A DNA stretch of 64,000 bases, taken from Pecten maximus. Taxonomy: Eukaryota. The stretch is from the NCBI RefSeq assembly GCF_902652985.1, contig NC_047026.1:8184001-8248000 (forward strand). Direction: 5' to 3'. Each line of letters begins with the position of its first letter. The first letter of the stretch is position 1. The notes beneath the pieces are model-generated. The model was given only the letters and a program-made list of their open reading frames with translations, did no database searches and had not been told where the DNA came from. The position numbers and the translations under genes are program-made. Positions 55,001 to 62,256 of the stretch are shown here, one piece after another.

Positions 55001-58000
55001 AATCTTATTACTCCAATCGCAATTATGTCATTTGTACATACATGTACATGAAAATCAATTGTTAATCTTTGCTTACGAAATACAAAGTCACCTCCTCATT
55101 TTTTCCAGCTGGATCAATCCACCAATCACCGTGGAGTCAGACTATTCACCTGTGAGAAATGACGTCATATTTCCCATCGCATTATTCCATCTTCCGTTTT
55201 ACACAGAAGCAGGCCCCCCGTAAGTTGTTATTGCGTTTACACAGAAGAAAGTCCTCTACAAGTACATTAAGTACCGTATTTATAACCTGAAACACACCCT
55301 CTGTAAGTGCTATGCTTCTCACCGAGAGAAGTTTATTGTTCTATGGATTTGTGTTTTACACTGTCAGTTCCTCCTGCTGCTTTGCATGATAAAGAATATA
55401 TGTAAATATCGGTAATCTTTAAGCATTCGGTATCAAACAGTAACAATTGCAGCGCAGCATCATTTTATTTTACAACCGTAAAATGGTTTGTGTGTAATAT
55501 TTAGCTTTGGCAGCTTAAAAGCAATTTCATTTCATTTTTAGCTCACCTGCCCGAAGGGTAAGTGAGCTTATGCCGTGGCGCGGCGTCCGTCGTCCGTCCG
55601 TCGTCCGTCCGGCCGTCCGGCCGTCCGGCCGTCCGTCCGGCGTCAACTTTCCATTCAAGCAACTTCTTCTCAATAACCAAAAGGCCTAGAGACCTAATAT
55701 TGGGCCTGTAGCATGCTGGGGTGAAGGGCTACCAAGTTTGTTCAAATGAATGACCTTGACCTTCATTCAAGGTCACAGGAGTCAAAAAGGCTAAAATCTT
55801 CAAACGACTTCTTCTCAACAACCAACAGTCCCAGGGAGTTGATATTGGGTCTGTAGCATGCTGGGGTAAAGGGCTACCAAGTTTGTTCAAATGAATGACC
55901 TTGACTTTCATTCAAGGTCACAGGAGTCAAAAAGGCTAAAAAAAAATTAGACGACTTCTTCTAAATAGCCAAAAGACCCAGGGACTTGATATTGGGTCTG
56001 TAGCATGCTGGGGTGAAGGGCTACCAAGTTTGTTCAAATGAATGACCTTGACCTTCATTCAAGGTCACAGGAGTCAAAAAGGCTAAAATCTTTAAACGAC
56101 TTCTTCTCAATAACCAAGAGTCCCAGGGACTTGATATTGGGTCTGTAGCATGCTGGGGTGAAGGGCTACCAAGTTTGTTCAAATGAATGACCTTGACTTT
56201 CATTCAAGGTCACAGGAGTCAAAAAGGCTAAAATCTTTAAACGACTTCTTCTCAATAACCAAGAGTCCCAGGGAGTTGATATTGGGTCTGTAGCATGCTC
56301 GGGTGAAGGGCTACCAAGTTTGTTCAAATGAATGACCTTGACTTTCATTCAAGGTCACAGGGGTCAAAAAGGCTAAAATCTTTAAACGACTTCTTCTCAA
56401 TAACCAAGAGTCCCAGGGAGTTGATATTGGGTCTGTAGCATGCTGGGGTGAAGGGCTACCAAGTTTGTTCAAATGAATGACCTTGACCGTCATTCAAGGT
56501 CACAGGAGTCAAAAAGGCTAAAATCTTAAACGACTTCTTCTCAATAACCAAGAGTCCCAGAGGCCTAATATTTGGCCTGTAGCATGCTGGGGTGAAGGGC
56601 TCCCAAGTTTGTTCAAATGAATGACCTTGACTTTCATTCAAGGTCACAGGAGTCAAAAAGGCTAAAATCTTTAAACGACTTCTTCTCAATAACCAAGAGT
56701 CTCAGGCAGTTGATATTGGGTCTGTAGCATGCTGGGGTGAAGGGCTACCAAGTTTGTTCAAATGAATGACCTTGACTTTCATTCAAGGTCACAGGAGTCA
56801 AAAAGGCTAAAATCTTTAAACGACTTCTTCTCAATAACCAAGAGTCCCAGAGACCTAATATTTGGCCTGTAGCATGCTGGGGTGAAGGGCTACCAAGTTT
56901 GTTCAAATGAATGACCTTGACCTTCATTCAAGGTCACAGGGGTCAAAAAGGCTAAAATCTTCAAACAACTTCTTCTCAATAACCAAGAGTCCCAGGGAGT
57001 TGATATTGGGTCTGTAGCATGCTGGGGTGAAGGGCTACCAAGTTTGTTCAAATGAATGACCTTGACCTTCATTCAAGGTCATGTCGATCAAGTATGCTTA
57101 AATCTTTAAATGACTTTTAGTGAAAAGCCAAAGTGCAGAGAGACATTATATTGGTCCTGTAGCATGCTTTCAAATAACTGCAGGATCCATATATGAAAAG
57201 ATCACTGCATTGCAGGTGAGCGATTTGGGCCCATTGGGCCCTTGTACAATACAAAGTCACCTCCTCATTTTTTCCAGCTGGATCAATCCACCAATCACCG
57301 TGGAGTCAGACTATTCACCTGTGAGAAATGACGTCATATTTCCCATCGCATTATTCCATCTTCCGTTTTACACAGAAGCAGGCCCCCCGTAAGTTGTTAT
57401 TGCGTTTACACAGAAGAAAGTCCTCTACAAGTACATTAAGTACCGTATTTATAACCTGAAACACACCCTCTGTAAGTGCTATGCTTCTCACCGAGAGAAG
57501 TTTATTGTTCTATGGATTTGTGTTTTACACTGTCAGTTCCTCCCTGCTGCTTTGCATGATAAAGAATATATGTAAATATCGGTAATCTTTAAGCATTCGG
57601 TATCAAACAGTAACAATTGCAGCGCAGCATCATTTTATTTTACAGCCGTAAAATGGTTTGTGTGTAATATTTAGCTTTGGCAGCTTAAAAGCAATTTCAT
57701 TTCATTTTACTTTATTTCAGAGTACCGAGGACCTGTGTCTTACATGTACCTATGCAAACAATTGTAAAATAATATCGGTTTGTTTTGTAGTGGATGTTGC
57801 GAAAAAAGTGATATAAGTATTTATGTATAGTGAAATATTGCATTCATAGTTGTTTTGTTTCTTTTGGCTTTTAGAGCTTTCAATTTTGGTGCCATAGGAT
57901 CGGTAATAGGACACGAGATTACGCATGCGTTTGACATTAAAGGTAGGGTTCACTATACAAATCGTTACTATGCCAACATGCACAATGCGATGGTATTAAG

Positions 58001-61000
58001 TGCCATTTAGTGGCATTAACTCACATATTTACCCCTCTCAATCATCAAATATATGATATAGACACAGTATGTTTAATTTAATGTTCAAACAGCTATCATT
58101 TAATTACTACTTCAACCATTACACAAGTTGGGAGATTTTATTTTAAGCTTGATGACAATTAGAATTGTTGTATAAGAATAAAAATGCATGGTCCATATAT
58201 AAATATTCGTTTCTTTGGTCCAAACATTGTGCGTAGAAACGCAAGTGAATAATACATTTTGATAAGAATGTATTAAAGATGGCTTCCTGCGCTTAATTTT
58301 TGTTCCTGTAAAAATAATGATGTTTAATCCCCTGTCTGTGAAACCAAGGGGACCATAAGTTTCCTTTTCCTCCGTCCTTTATGTATGTTTGTAATGCCAA
58401 CGTTTTGTTATCGCTCTAGCGACTTCATTCCTGGAGGGACCTTTATCAAACTTCACACAATGACAAACTATCATCATATCTCGGATAAATTCAAGTTTCG
58501 GGGCTTTGGGTCAATTTCATTGTTTCAATTTTTAGGTATGGGGCATGTTTTGCTTAAGCAATACTCGGTATGCTTGTTTTTTTATATAACTTCTCCATGA
58601 TTGTCTAAGTTATAAGCTTTGCGTTACCACAAAATGTGTAAAGTAAATCATTGTACAAGTAATTGAAATGATAAGATATTTCTCTGATTTATTTATGTCA
58701 CACATCAAAGCGCCTGCTTGGCGTGTCGGGTCTGGAAAGCACCATGTTTGAAGTAATCAATCACGTGACAAACATGATAGCCATACGCACAATACGTTTC
58801 CCCATCCAACCAATCACATGAATTAAGTATAGACACGTATACATTTCAAGTCAACTATAAAGTGTATTTCTTAAACTAAACTAACATTTTATATTCATCT
58901 CCAACTGTCGTTTTGAGTTAACTGAATTAAAATAAACAAGATTTGCATTTTACGTGGTATATAATTATGTTCTTGTACGAAGTGTTCAAGTATTACTGAG
59001 CCCAGGGTCATAACGTGTGAATACATCTGCAGGTACAGCATATCATACAAATGGGAGTTCGCGAACCCACATGCATGTCTTGTACGTGTCCGATATCACA
59101 AAGTACAAAAGAAAACACAACCTTCAATTGAATTATTGCTGTTCCTAATATTTTGGACAGTTCATTAGAAAGCCTCAGAAGGAAATGCAATTTTACAGGC
59201 TTTTGCTATGTTTATGATGACATTGGAAGTTTTTAAAAGCCTGTCTTAGTATGAAACATCCTGAATTAATCAACAATTACGTAATGGCGATGCACGTGTC
59301 CATACTTCATTTGAGCGATTGGTTGAATCGGGGGAATGCCTTATGCATTATGGGATATCATTATGTCACGTGATTGTCTGTTTACTTCCAAATATAGTGT
59401 TTTCTCGACCTTATACACCGAGAAGGCGTATTGTAAGGGGGTACCTATTAAATCCGAGATAAATCTTCATTTTATTACTAATAATTTGAGTTACTTTGCA
59501 AATTTCATATTAACGCACAGCTCATAGCTTAAGCAATCCGTGAAATATAAAAACCGTTTCATAATCTTACGGGAGCAAAGATTGAGCGTAATTACGCCGG
59601 AACCCATCTTCAACTTATGAAGACACAGTAAATAGTGAAAATTTGATGAAATGTTCATACGACTGTTTCGTGCTTCTAGGTACTGAGGGTAATTTAAAAA
59701 CCTACTATCCGTCTAAGCGACGGTTAAAATATAGATGAGGAGGGGGAAGAGGTATCAATTTCATAAATAATCATAGATTCGGTCTTTTTTCATAATTTTG
59801 ATACATTTGTATATTTTGTAATGATATTGATACATGTGTATAGTCTTAGCGAGCGACATTATTCATAAGAATATAAAATGTGTTCACCAGGGCGGCGCTA
59901 CGATGGTAAGGGACGCCTGAGGGAGTGGTGGGATCCAATGACCGCTGATAGGTTTAAACTGACGACGAAGTGCATGAAGACTCAGTACGACGCATACACA
60001 TATCAAGGTTTCCAGGTAAAATCGTATATAGATCATAACCATAAATTATCATTTGATTTTATATGAGTAAAAATCAACGAAATGAATTTCGACATTATTG
60101 AAGCCATTTTGTCAATCATCCCTCCAACTACTCCAAAGTTATCCAAAACGGGGTCAATTCGTCCAGTCTTTTCCTAGCAGTAGTATCTTGGAATCACAAA
60201 AATATATGTGTTAAGACACATAAATATAAACATATAACATAAATATGCACAAGTTCATAGAATGTTGGGTTTTTTTCAATGTATAATATGACAATAAATT
60301 TAATAAATATGTTTATGTACATTTATGTATGTGCGAAAATGTGTCCATTGCTCGTGTTTACTTTTAGTTTTGTTTTGAAATGTTTTCATTTTCGTACGGT
60401 AAACTGTAAAATGCCTAATATAGGTAAGGTATCATTTGATTCTTCAGATAAATGGTAATAATACATTGGACGAGAACATCGCGGATAATGGCGGACTGCG
60501 TGCCGCGTTCATCGTAAGTATACTATGATATAAAGGAAGGGTGTGTATACAGGAATGGGTGTTAATTAGTATGACATGTGATATGGATCGACTACAGTGT
60601 TTATGTAATGTCCGGATAGAATTGGTGAAAAATGACTATGGGGACGGCAAAATTGGTTCATACAAGACGGGTTTTTATGAAAGCCGATTCAATGTAACCG
60701 GGAAATATTGCATATATTGTGTGGCAGGGGATTTTTAATTTGTTCATATTAAGACAGGATTTCAATGTATCCGAATTCGATATGAGTGGGTAAGGCTGCA
60801 TGTATAGAATATGACATATAACCTTAAACAACTGTCGTCGATTTTTACCCCTGTGTTATATTTAATGACAAACAAGGATGATTTTTAATATGAATTATAA
60901 AATGAGGTATATATGATGTGATCAGTTTTAAGTCAAGAATGTATCGTTTTCATTCAACGTATCCATTATTGATTATATAAAGAATCAAACTTGTTTTCAT

Positions 61001-62256
61001 TTCATCTAGAACTTATATGAATTCAAATAACTGTTTTAACAGTAACAACCTTAAATGGTTATACTAAAATGTTATTGTATATCAATTGACGTGTTACTCG
61101 TATATCATTGGCTACATGGGTATATCATATCATTCGTTGACTATTTAGGCATACCAGTTGTGGGAGAGACAGCAAGGAAAGGAGCCTTCTGTGCCCGGTT
61201 TGAATATGACAAACCGACAGCTATTCTTTGTCAGTTATGCGCAGGTAAGTACAGAAATGTACATAAACCCATTAGCGAGGCAATGTCGCCGTAACAACAG
61301 TATCGGCTATTTACTAGCAGATAACTTTTGCGATGGGCATATGACCAGGTGTTCCAGAAAGTAAGCGTCTCATGTTCATGAACGACACTTACTATTTAAA
61401 TCAAGGTCATATCAAAGAAATATATAAATATGCCGGAAAAATGGCAAAGAAAATATCAACAACTGCAGTGAAAACCAGTTACATTCACGACACTAGGGGT
61501 ACATTATGGTAATAAATTCCGTGGGAACTGATATGATGTTAAATGTTTCTCGTTGGATTTGATTTTCTTATGATATTAAATGCTGTTTCTCGTAGAATGT
61601 TTATAAATGTATTAGCAATATTTTCATAAGATTTCCTTTAACTAGACATTTATGTTTATATATATAATATTGTTTCCCATTAGATGTTTTGCTCGAAGTG
61701 GAAGAAGGATGGGCTTATTGGACATCTTATTGACGATCCTCACAGTCCTGGCCCAATCAGGTTAGTGGCCCTAAAATAATCATGTTTGCATAGTAAATAC
61801 TGTAAATTGGTATATTTGAATCGTCTGAATGTTTACAGTTGATCCATGTGATTGAAACAAAAAAGGCAGGGTTTTCTATTGCACTTTAAATAGACTACAC
61901 ATTTCTCTGATATTTTATTTTTTGCGAATGTGTTCTTTTCTCGAAAATTGCAAAAATAACAATTGTATTAAAATTTCACATTTCACATTTGCCATGTAAT
62001 GATGTAGAGTAATTAAGTAATTAAGTGTTCTATGATTCCTTTGGAATGATTTGTTAATTATTTAAATAATTCTTTCATGCATGACTCCATTCCTTATCCG
62101 TTGTATCCTATCTATTGCCCAGTGATAATGATGTGTGGTTGTTATTCCTATTCCAGGGTGCGTGGCAGTGTATCAAATACAGAGGCGTTTGCCGAAGAGT
62201 TCAATTGTCCATTTGTGGCTAATTACAATCCTACAACGAAATGCGAGGTGTGGTAA
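1176..62256 (+). CDS. Spliced gene: M13 family zinc metallopeptidase (neprilysin/endothelin-converting enzyme-like, type II membrane protein), 21 coding exons, about 813 aa
   Basis: Manual exon chain 1176-1252, 33484-33535, 45881-46076, 49160-49369, 49894-50141, 50272-50445, 50935-51054, 51370-51453, 51994-52139, 52941-53035, 53288-53406, 53794-53892, 54283-54360, 54761-54861, 55109-55219 (or its copy 57278-57388), 57875-57942, 59891-60015, 60448-60513, 61149-61244, 61684-61760, 62157-62256. All introns are GT-AG, phases are compatible, and the total is 2442 nt with no internal stop. Family motifs: TM anchor, CETQDC..DPCQDFYQYSCGGW, WRRC, ISYPD, GHEITHAFD, ENIADNGG, QLFF, HSP..R, KCEVW*. Orthology to a named vertebrate gene cannot be assigned from sequence alone. 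Confidence 0.93.
6325..6701. repeat. Minisatellite, 35-bp unit, about 11 copies
   Basis: CATGGTGATATGGATGTTTACTCGTTTCCTGTTTT repeated. Confidence 0.95.
7677..8150. repeat. Minisatellite, 24-bp unit, about 19 copies
   Basis: GTTGTTTATGAGAGGGATAAGACT repeated; explains the 8-aa-periodic ORFs. Confidence 0.93.
10725..11265. repeat. Minisatellite, 68-bp unit, about 8 near-identical copies
   Basis: CTCTGTGGTATTCGTCCTCCTTGTCTATAGATGTTGTATCCTTTAGTGTATTTAGACAGCTTGTTGAT starting at 10729, 10797, 10865 and onward. Confidence 0.97.
11497..12435. repeat. Minisatellite, 41-42-bp unit, about 18 homogeneous copies plus about 4 diverged copies
   Basis: CGAA(T/C)AAAC(C/G)AATTAAACCGAGATCG(T)GGTAGCTTCTAA(ATA/TGA) to 12264, then decayed units such as CCGATATCGTTGTAGCTGCTAA. 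Confidence 0.95.
14127..14420 (+). ncRNA. Tandem array (49-bp unit, about 6 copies) of minimal hammerhead ribozyme motifs
   Basis: Consensus unit CCCTA-ACATCA-CTGACGA-GTCC-TAGAA-GGAC-GAAA-CAGCTG-TA-TGATGT: CUGAnGA core, stem II GUCC/GGAC, GAAA, palindromic stem III, GUA cleavage triplet, stem I ACAUCA/UGAUGU. GAGTC(C/T)TAG recurs at 14191, 14240, 14289, 14338 and 14387. Confidence 0.85.
15113..15322. mobile_element. Degenerate MITE-like element (CT.TAAACG...CGTTTACAG termini)
   Basis: Short terminal inverted repeats and internal AATT.GCG motifs. Similar-looking fragments occur near 33640-33820, 41360-41530 and 45410-45500. Confidence 0.4.
23762..24080 (+). mobile_element. Degenerate tRNA-derived SINE
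   Basis: A-box-like GTGGTCCAGTAGTAGG, B box GTTCGAGTCCC, downstream GC-richer body and a TTA-repeat tail. The 3' boundary is approximate. Confidence 0.5.
25380..25835. repeat. T-rich minisatellite, about 68-76-bp unit, about 6 copies
   Basis: GCTTTGT(C/T) anchor at 25437, 25512, 25580, 25651, 25727 and 25801; source of the Phe/Leu/Cys-rich ORFs. Confidence 0.9.
28694..28980 (-). mobile_element. tRNA-derived SINE with CORE-like central domain
   Basis: Reverse complement: TAGATCAGTCGGTTAGAG (A box), GGTTCGACGC (B box), GTTGTGTCATTCGACAAGACACTTTACCCTAATTGCTC (CORE-like), AAAC-rich tail. Confidence 0.7.
30184..30227. repeat. Poly-C tract
   Basis: About 40 C with one TTCT interruption. Confidence 0.95.
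31575..31975. repeat. Minisatellite, 31-bp unit, about 10 good copies plus decayed flanks
   Basis: GACAAAATGCACCACAGCGTTAACTGTCAAT repeated. Confidence 0.92.
32207..32358. mobile_element. About 150-bp fold-back (MITE-like) inverted repeat
   Basis: TGAACAGTGGTTTTAATGTTGTTA..TATGGCAGCAAGATGTATGGT.GGCAAATG pairs with CATTTGCC.ACCATACATCTTGCTGCCATA..TAACAACATTAAAACCACTGTTCA. Confidence 0.75.
32583..32647. mobile_element. 65-bp fold-back mini-MITE with 10-bp target-site duplication
   Basis: 30-bp inverted arms (2 mismatches) around a 5-nt loop GTCAT, flanked directly by ATCTATGTGG at 32573-32582 and 32648-32657. Confidence 0.8.
33484..33535 (+). CDS. M13 peptidase putative exon 2 (RQINATESNELLNGNDIK)
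   Basis: Strong acceptor tgtgttttttcag| and donor AAG|GTGAGT. 52 nt, phase 2 to 0, joining exon 1 to exon 3 in frame. Confidence 0.65.
35374..35868. repeat. Minisatellite, 45-bp unit, 11 copies
   Basis: GG(C/T)AGTATGTCACTCCCCCGGGAATGTGGGGACAAATATCCAGGT repeated. Confidence 0.97.
36430..36650. repeat. Degenerate tandem repeat, about 48-bp unit, 4-5 copies
   Basis: TGTCTACCACCTG.AATCTCAAAT.AT.A.ACAAAAGTC recurs. Confidence 0.7.
38741..38925 (-). mobile_element. tRNA-derived V-SINE-like element
   Basis: Reverse complement reads GTGGCCGGGTGACACAGTGGTAAC (A box), GGTTCGATTCCC (B box), GAGTTTCCCAGGGTTCTCAACTTTCCTCCCACA (V-domain-like). Confidence 0.8.
39902..40076. repeat. Two poly-G tracts, each followed by the same 31-nt sequence
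   Basis: G-run followed by GTGTTGACCATGTCACATTCAGATTTAGATA, at about 39931 and about 40046. Confidence 0.9.
40080..40325. mobile_element. Decayed HINE-like internal repeat remnant
   Basis: TTTTGGTCAAACTT twice, plus AAGGTCAAGGCGAAGGTCAC motifs typical of these satellite cores. Confidence 0.4.
43097..43260. repeat. Minisatellite, about 31-bp unit, about 5 copies
   Basis: AAGTACAAAATATAAAACTGCAAAAATAAAC repeated. Confidence 0.85.
43760..43905. repeat. Degenerate tandem repeat, about 46-bp unit, 3 copies
   Basis: ATTTGTTTCAGGACCAAAGCCA...TGACCT recurs three times. Confidence 0.75.
45050..45195. repeat. Tandem repeat, about 51-bp unit, 3 copies
   Basis: TTGAGTATAGAATTT...TTACTCGATCAT recurs. 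Confidence 0.75.
45881..46076 (+). CDS. M13 peptidase exon 3: acidic cytoplasmic segment and signal-anchor TM helix
   Basis: ttgtag|ATG acceptor. MTKFDRTDSEDDILEDY...RTALEKCLFIFSLIALIVIIILAACLG, with the RT.LEK pre-TM motif typical of M13 proteins. Donor GAAG|GTATGC. Confidence 0.9.
46118..46349. repeat. Local duplication (about 96 bp, period 136) at the start of intron 3
   Basis: AAGTATATTAT.TAGAGAAAATTATAGTCCGTTTCACAATTTCTGC.ATCTGAAAAGTACACATACTACTGTTGTTCAA occurs twice. Confidence 0.9.
46830..46956. mobile_element. Small MITE-like element with about 20-bp imperfect TIRs
   Basis: AACAGTTGTTTCATACCTTAT at the left and ATAAGCATGTAACAGCTGTT at the right. Confidence 0.45.
46991..47070 (+). 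mobile_element. 5' end remnant of a HINE-like element
   Basis: TTTTTAGCTCG...GAGATATTG...CCCCGGCGCCGGCGTC resembles the start of the 55537 element. Confidence 0.4.
48401..48565 (-). mobile_element. Internally deleted copy of the SINE family at 28694-28980
   Basis: Shares TGGGTTTATCGCCCCGTGAACA, GGGTAAAGTGTCTTG and ACGA.AGCACAGACCG with 28694-28980. Has a (TTTG)n tail and keeps the GGGGCCG..AGCTCAGTCGGT head on the minus strand. Confidence 0.7.
48630..48965. repeat. Minisatellite, 21-bp unit, about 16 copies
   Basis: ATCTATGTCGAGGTAGGTTTT repeated. Confidence 0.93.
49160..49369 (+). CDS. M13 peptidase exon 4 (N-terminal Cys cluster)
   Basis: KAICETQDCIEVSSSVLTSMDRSADPCQDFYQYSCGGWEKNNP, the hallmark M13 N-terminal motif, with AG/GT boundaries. 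Confidence 0.97.
49894..50141 (+). CDS. M13 peptidase exon 5
   Basis: SEKKTKQFYDSCM...PLFSVRVGSDDLNPDKNVVK. Boundaries tttttcag| and AAG|GTAAGG. Confidence 0.95.
50272..50445 (+). CDS. M13 peptidase exon 6 (contains Ser/Thr/Pro-rich insert)
   Basis: 174-nt open frame, phase 0-0, cctgtag| and GAG|GTAATA. IDNGDHKYPLRVKEAQVPSTSPAPTVNSTVSPGSKK...KWNSTE. Confidence 0.85.
50935..51054 (+). CDS. M13 peptidase exon 7
   Basis: VEKNYITETTRILKVIWNMSDSDASNMAKELLEIEKAFTK, phase 0-0. Confidence 0.9.
51370..51453 (+). CDS. M13 peptidase exon 8
   Basis: TYEESSDGDTDPKPVSMKIVDLEIACST. Boundaries ttgcag| and ACG|GTAAGA. Confidence 0.85.
51419..51628. repeat. About 41-bp tandem repeat (5 copies) whose first unit spans the exon 8 / intron 8 boundary
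   Basis: TGAAAATTGTTGACCTAGAAATCGCCTGTAGTACG|GTAAGAT followed by four diverged copies. Confidence 0.88.
51994..52139 (+). CDS. M13 peptidase exon 9
   Basis: IEWPLYLTVL... matches the family I.W..YL motif. Boundaries tttcag| and AA|GTGAGT. Confidence 0.9.
52789..52835 (+). ncRNA. Degenerate single hammerhead motif of the same family (intron 9)
   Basis: CCTTA-GCATCA-GTGACGA-GCCCGTATTAC-GAAA-CAGCTG-TA-TGGTGC. Stem I pairs 6/6 (one G-U), core C3 is changed to G and stem II is broken, so it is probably inactive. Confidence 0.7.
52941..53035 (+). CDS. M13 peptidase exon 10
   Basis: LLERYIMVHLVSHLMPYF..., phase 2 to 1, boundaries tccag| and G|GTAAGA. Confidence 0.88.
53288..53406 (+). CDS. M13 peptidase exon 11
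   Basis: EHWRRCVHYTNKALGFVTGGLYV. Acceptor is AAG at 53285-53287; an in-phase TAG giving a start at 53300 is an alternative. Donor AAG|GTACGT. Confidence 0.88.
53794..53892 (+). CDS. M13 peptidase exon 12
   Basis: IKQIVQDVKLAFKDYLLRKIWLDPSTKKEASQK (W.D..TK..A..K motif). Confidence 0.95.
54283..54360 (+). CDS. M13 peptidase exon 13
   Basis: LDEILEKISYPDYILKSDFLDKFYDQ (equivalent of the IGYPD motif). Confidence 0.95.
54761..54861 (+). CDS. M13 peptidase exon 14
   Basis: LDIGEDWFVNVQKWQEFQVKQMMSQLSQIPDRS. Boundaries tttag| and CAG|GTGAGT. Confidence 0.92.
55079..55538. repeat. Direct duplication, copy A (460 bp, includes exon 15)
   Basis: Matches 57248-57708. By eye it differs by one 1-nt indel (CTCCTG vs CTCCCTG) and one substitution (ACAACCG vs ACAGCCG). 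Confidence 0.95.
55109..55219 (+). CDS. M13 peptidase exon 15, copy A (111 nt, phase 2-2)
   Basis: WINPPITVESDYSPVRNDVIFPIALFHLPFYTEAGP aligns with the family W...P..VNAFY....N.I.FPAGILQPPF segment. Boundaries ttccag| and CC|GTAAGT. Confidence 0.9.
55537..57245 (+). mobile_element. Non-autonomous Helentron-type element (HINE/DINE-1-like) with internal satellite array
   Basis: Starts in a T-run with subterminal repeat GCTCACCTG and a nearby inverted copy GTGAGCT. Then a (CGTC/GGCC) microsatellite at about 55584-55644, a central tandem array, the 3' subterminal inverted repeat CAGGTGAGC (57213-57221) and the terminal palindrome GGGCCCATTGGGCCC (57227-57241). This is the established HINE layout. 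Confidence 0.88.
55660..57110. repeat. About 145-bp satellite, about 10 copies, core of the HINE element
   Basis: GGGCTACCAAGTTTGTTCAAATGAATGACCTTGAC recurs every 144-147 nt. Each unit holds the inverted repeat TGACCTTGA..TCAAGGTCA. Confidence 0.97.
57248..57708. repeat. Direct duplication, copy B (461 bp, includes exon 15)
   Basis: Matches 55079-55538 and begins immediately after the HINE 3' end. Confidence 0.95.
57278..57388 (+). CDS. M13 peptidase exon 15, copy B (identical duplicate)
   Basis: Same nucleotide sequence and splice sites as 55109-55219, offset 2169 nt. Confidence 0.85.
57875..57942 (+). CDS. M13 peptidase exon 16 (HExxH zinc-binding motif)
   Basis: AFNFGAIGSVIGHEITHAFDIK. 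Boundaries ttttag| and AAG|GTAGGG. Too short to appear in the ORF track. Confidence 0.97.
58322..58580 (+). mobile_element. Short degenerate HINE-like element
   Basis: T-run start, CCCCT..AGGGG hairpin, short microsatellite-like stretch, ATCAAACTTCACACA motif and a 3' hairpin-like TTGCTTAAGCAA before CTTGTTTTT. Confidence 0.45.
59891..60015 (+). CDS. M13 peptidase exon 17
   Basis: GRRYDGKGRLREWWDPMTADRFKLTTKCMKTQYDAY. Confidence 0.96.
60448..60513 (+). CDS. M13 peptidase exon 18 (ExxxD third zinc ligand)
   Basis: INGNNTLDENIADNGGLRAAFI. Confidence 0.97.
61149..61244 (+). CDS. M13 peptidase exon 19
   Basis: AYQLWERQQGKEPSVPGLNMTNRQLFFVSYAQ. Confidence 0.96.
61684..61760 (+). CDS. M13 peptidase exon 20
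   Basis: MFCSKWKKDGLIGHLIDDPHSPGPI(R), containing the conserved transition-state His and the following Arg. Confidence 0.95.
62157..62256 (+). CDS. M13 peptidase exon 21 (last coding exon)
   Basis: VRGSVSNTEAFAEEFNCPFVANYNPTTKCEVW*, the canonical CxxW terminus. Confidence 0.97.

Noticed and set aside
55729-57072. Series of near-identical 60-aa minus-strand ORFs
   Set aside because: Translations of the 145-bp satellite inside the non-autonomous element.
55079-57708. Reading the 460-bp direct repeats as LTRs
   Set aside because: The repeats are host exon and intron sequence without TG..CA ends, PBS or PPT, and the interior has HINE structure.
57711-57760. Acceptor TTTATTTCAG at 57720 as the start of exon 16
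   Set aside because: The downstream frame has no M13 similarity; the acceptor at 57874 gives the HEITH exon in the correct phase.
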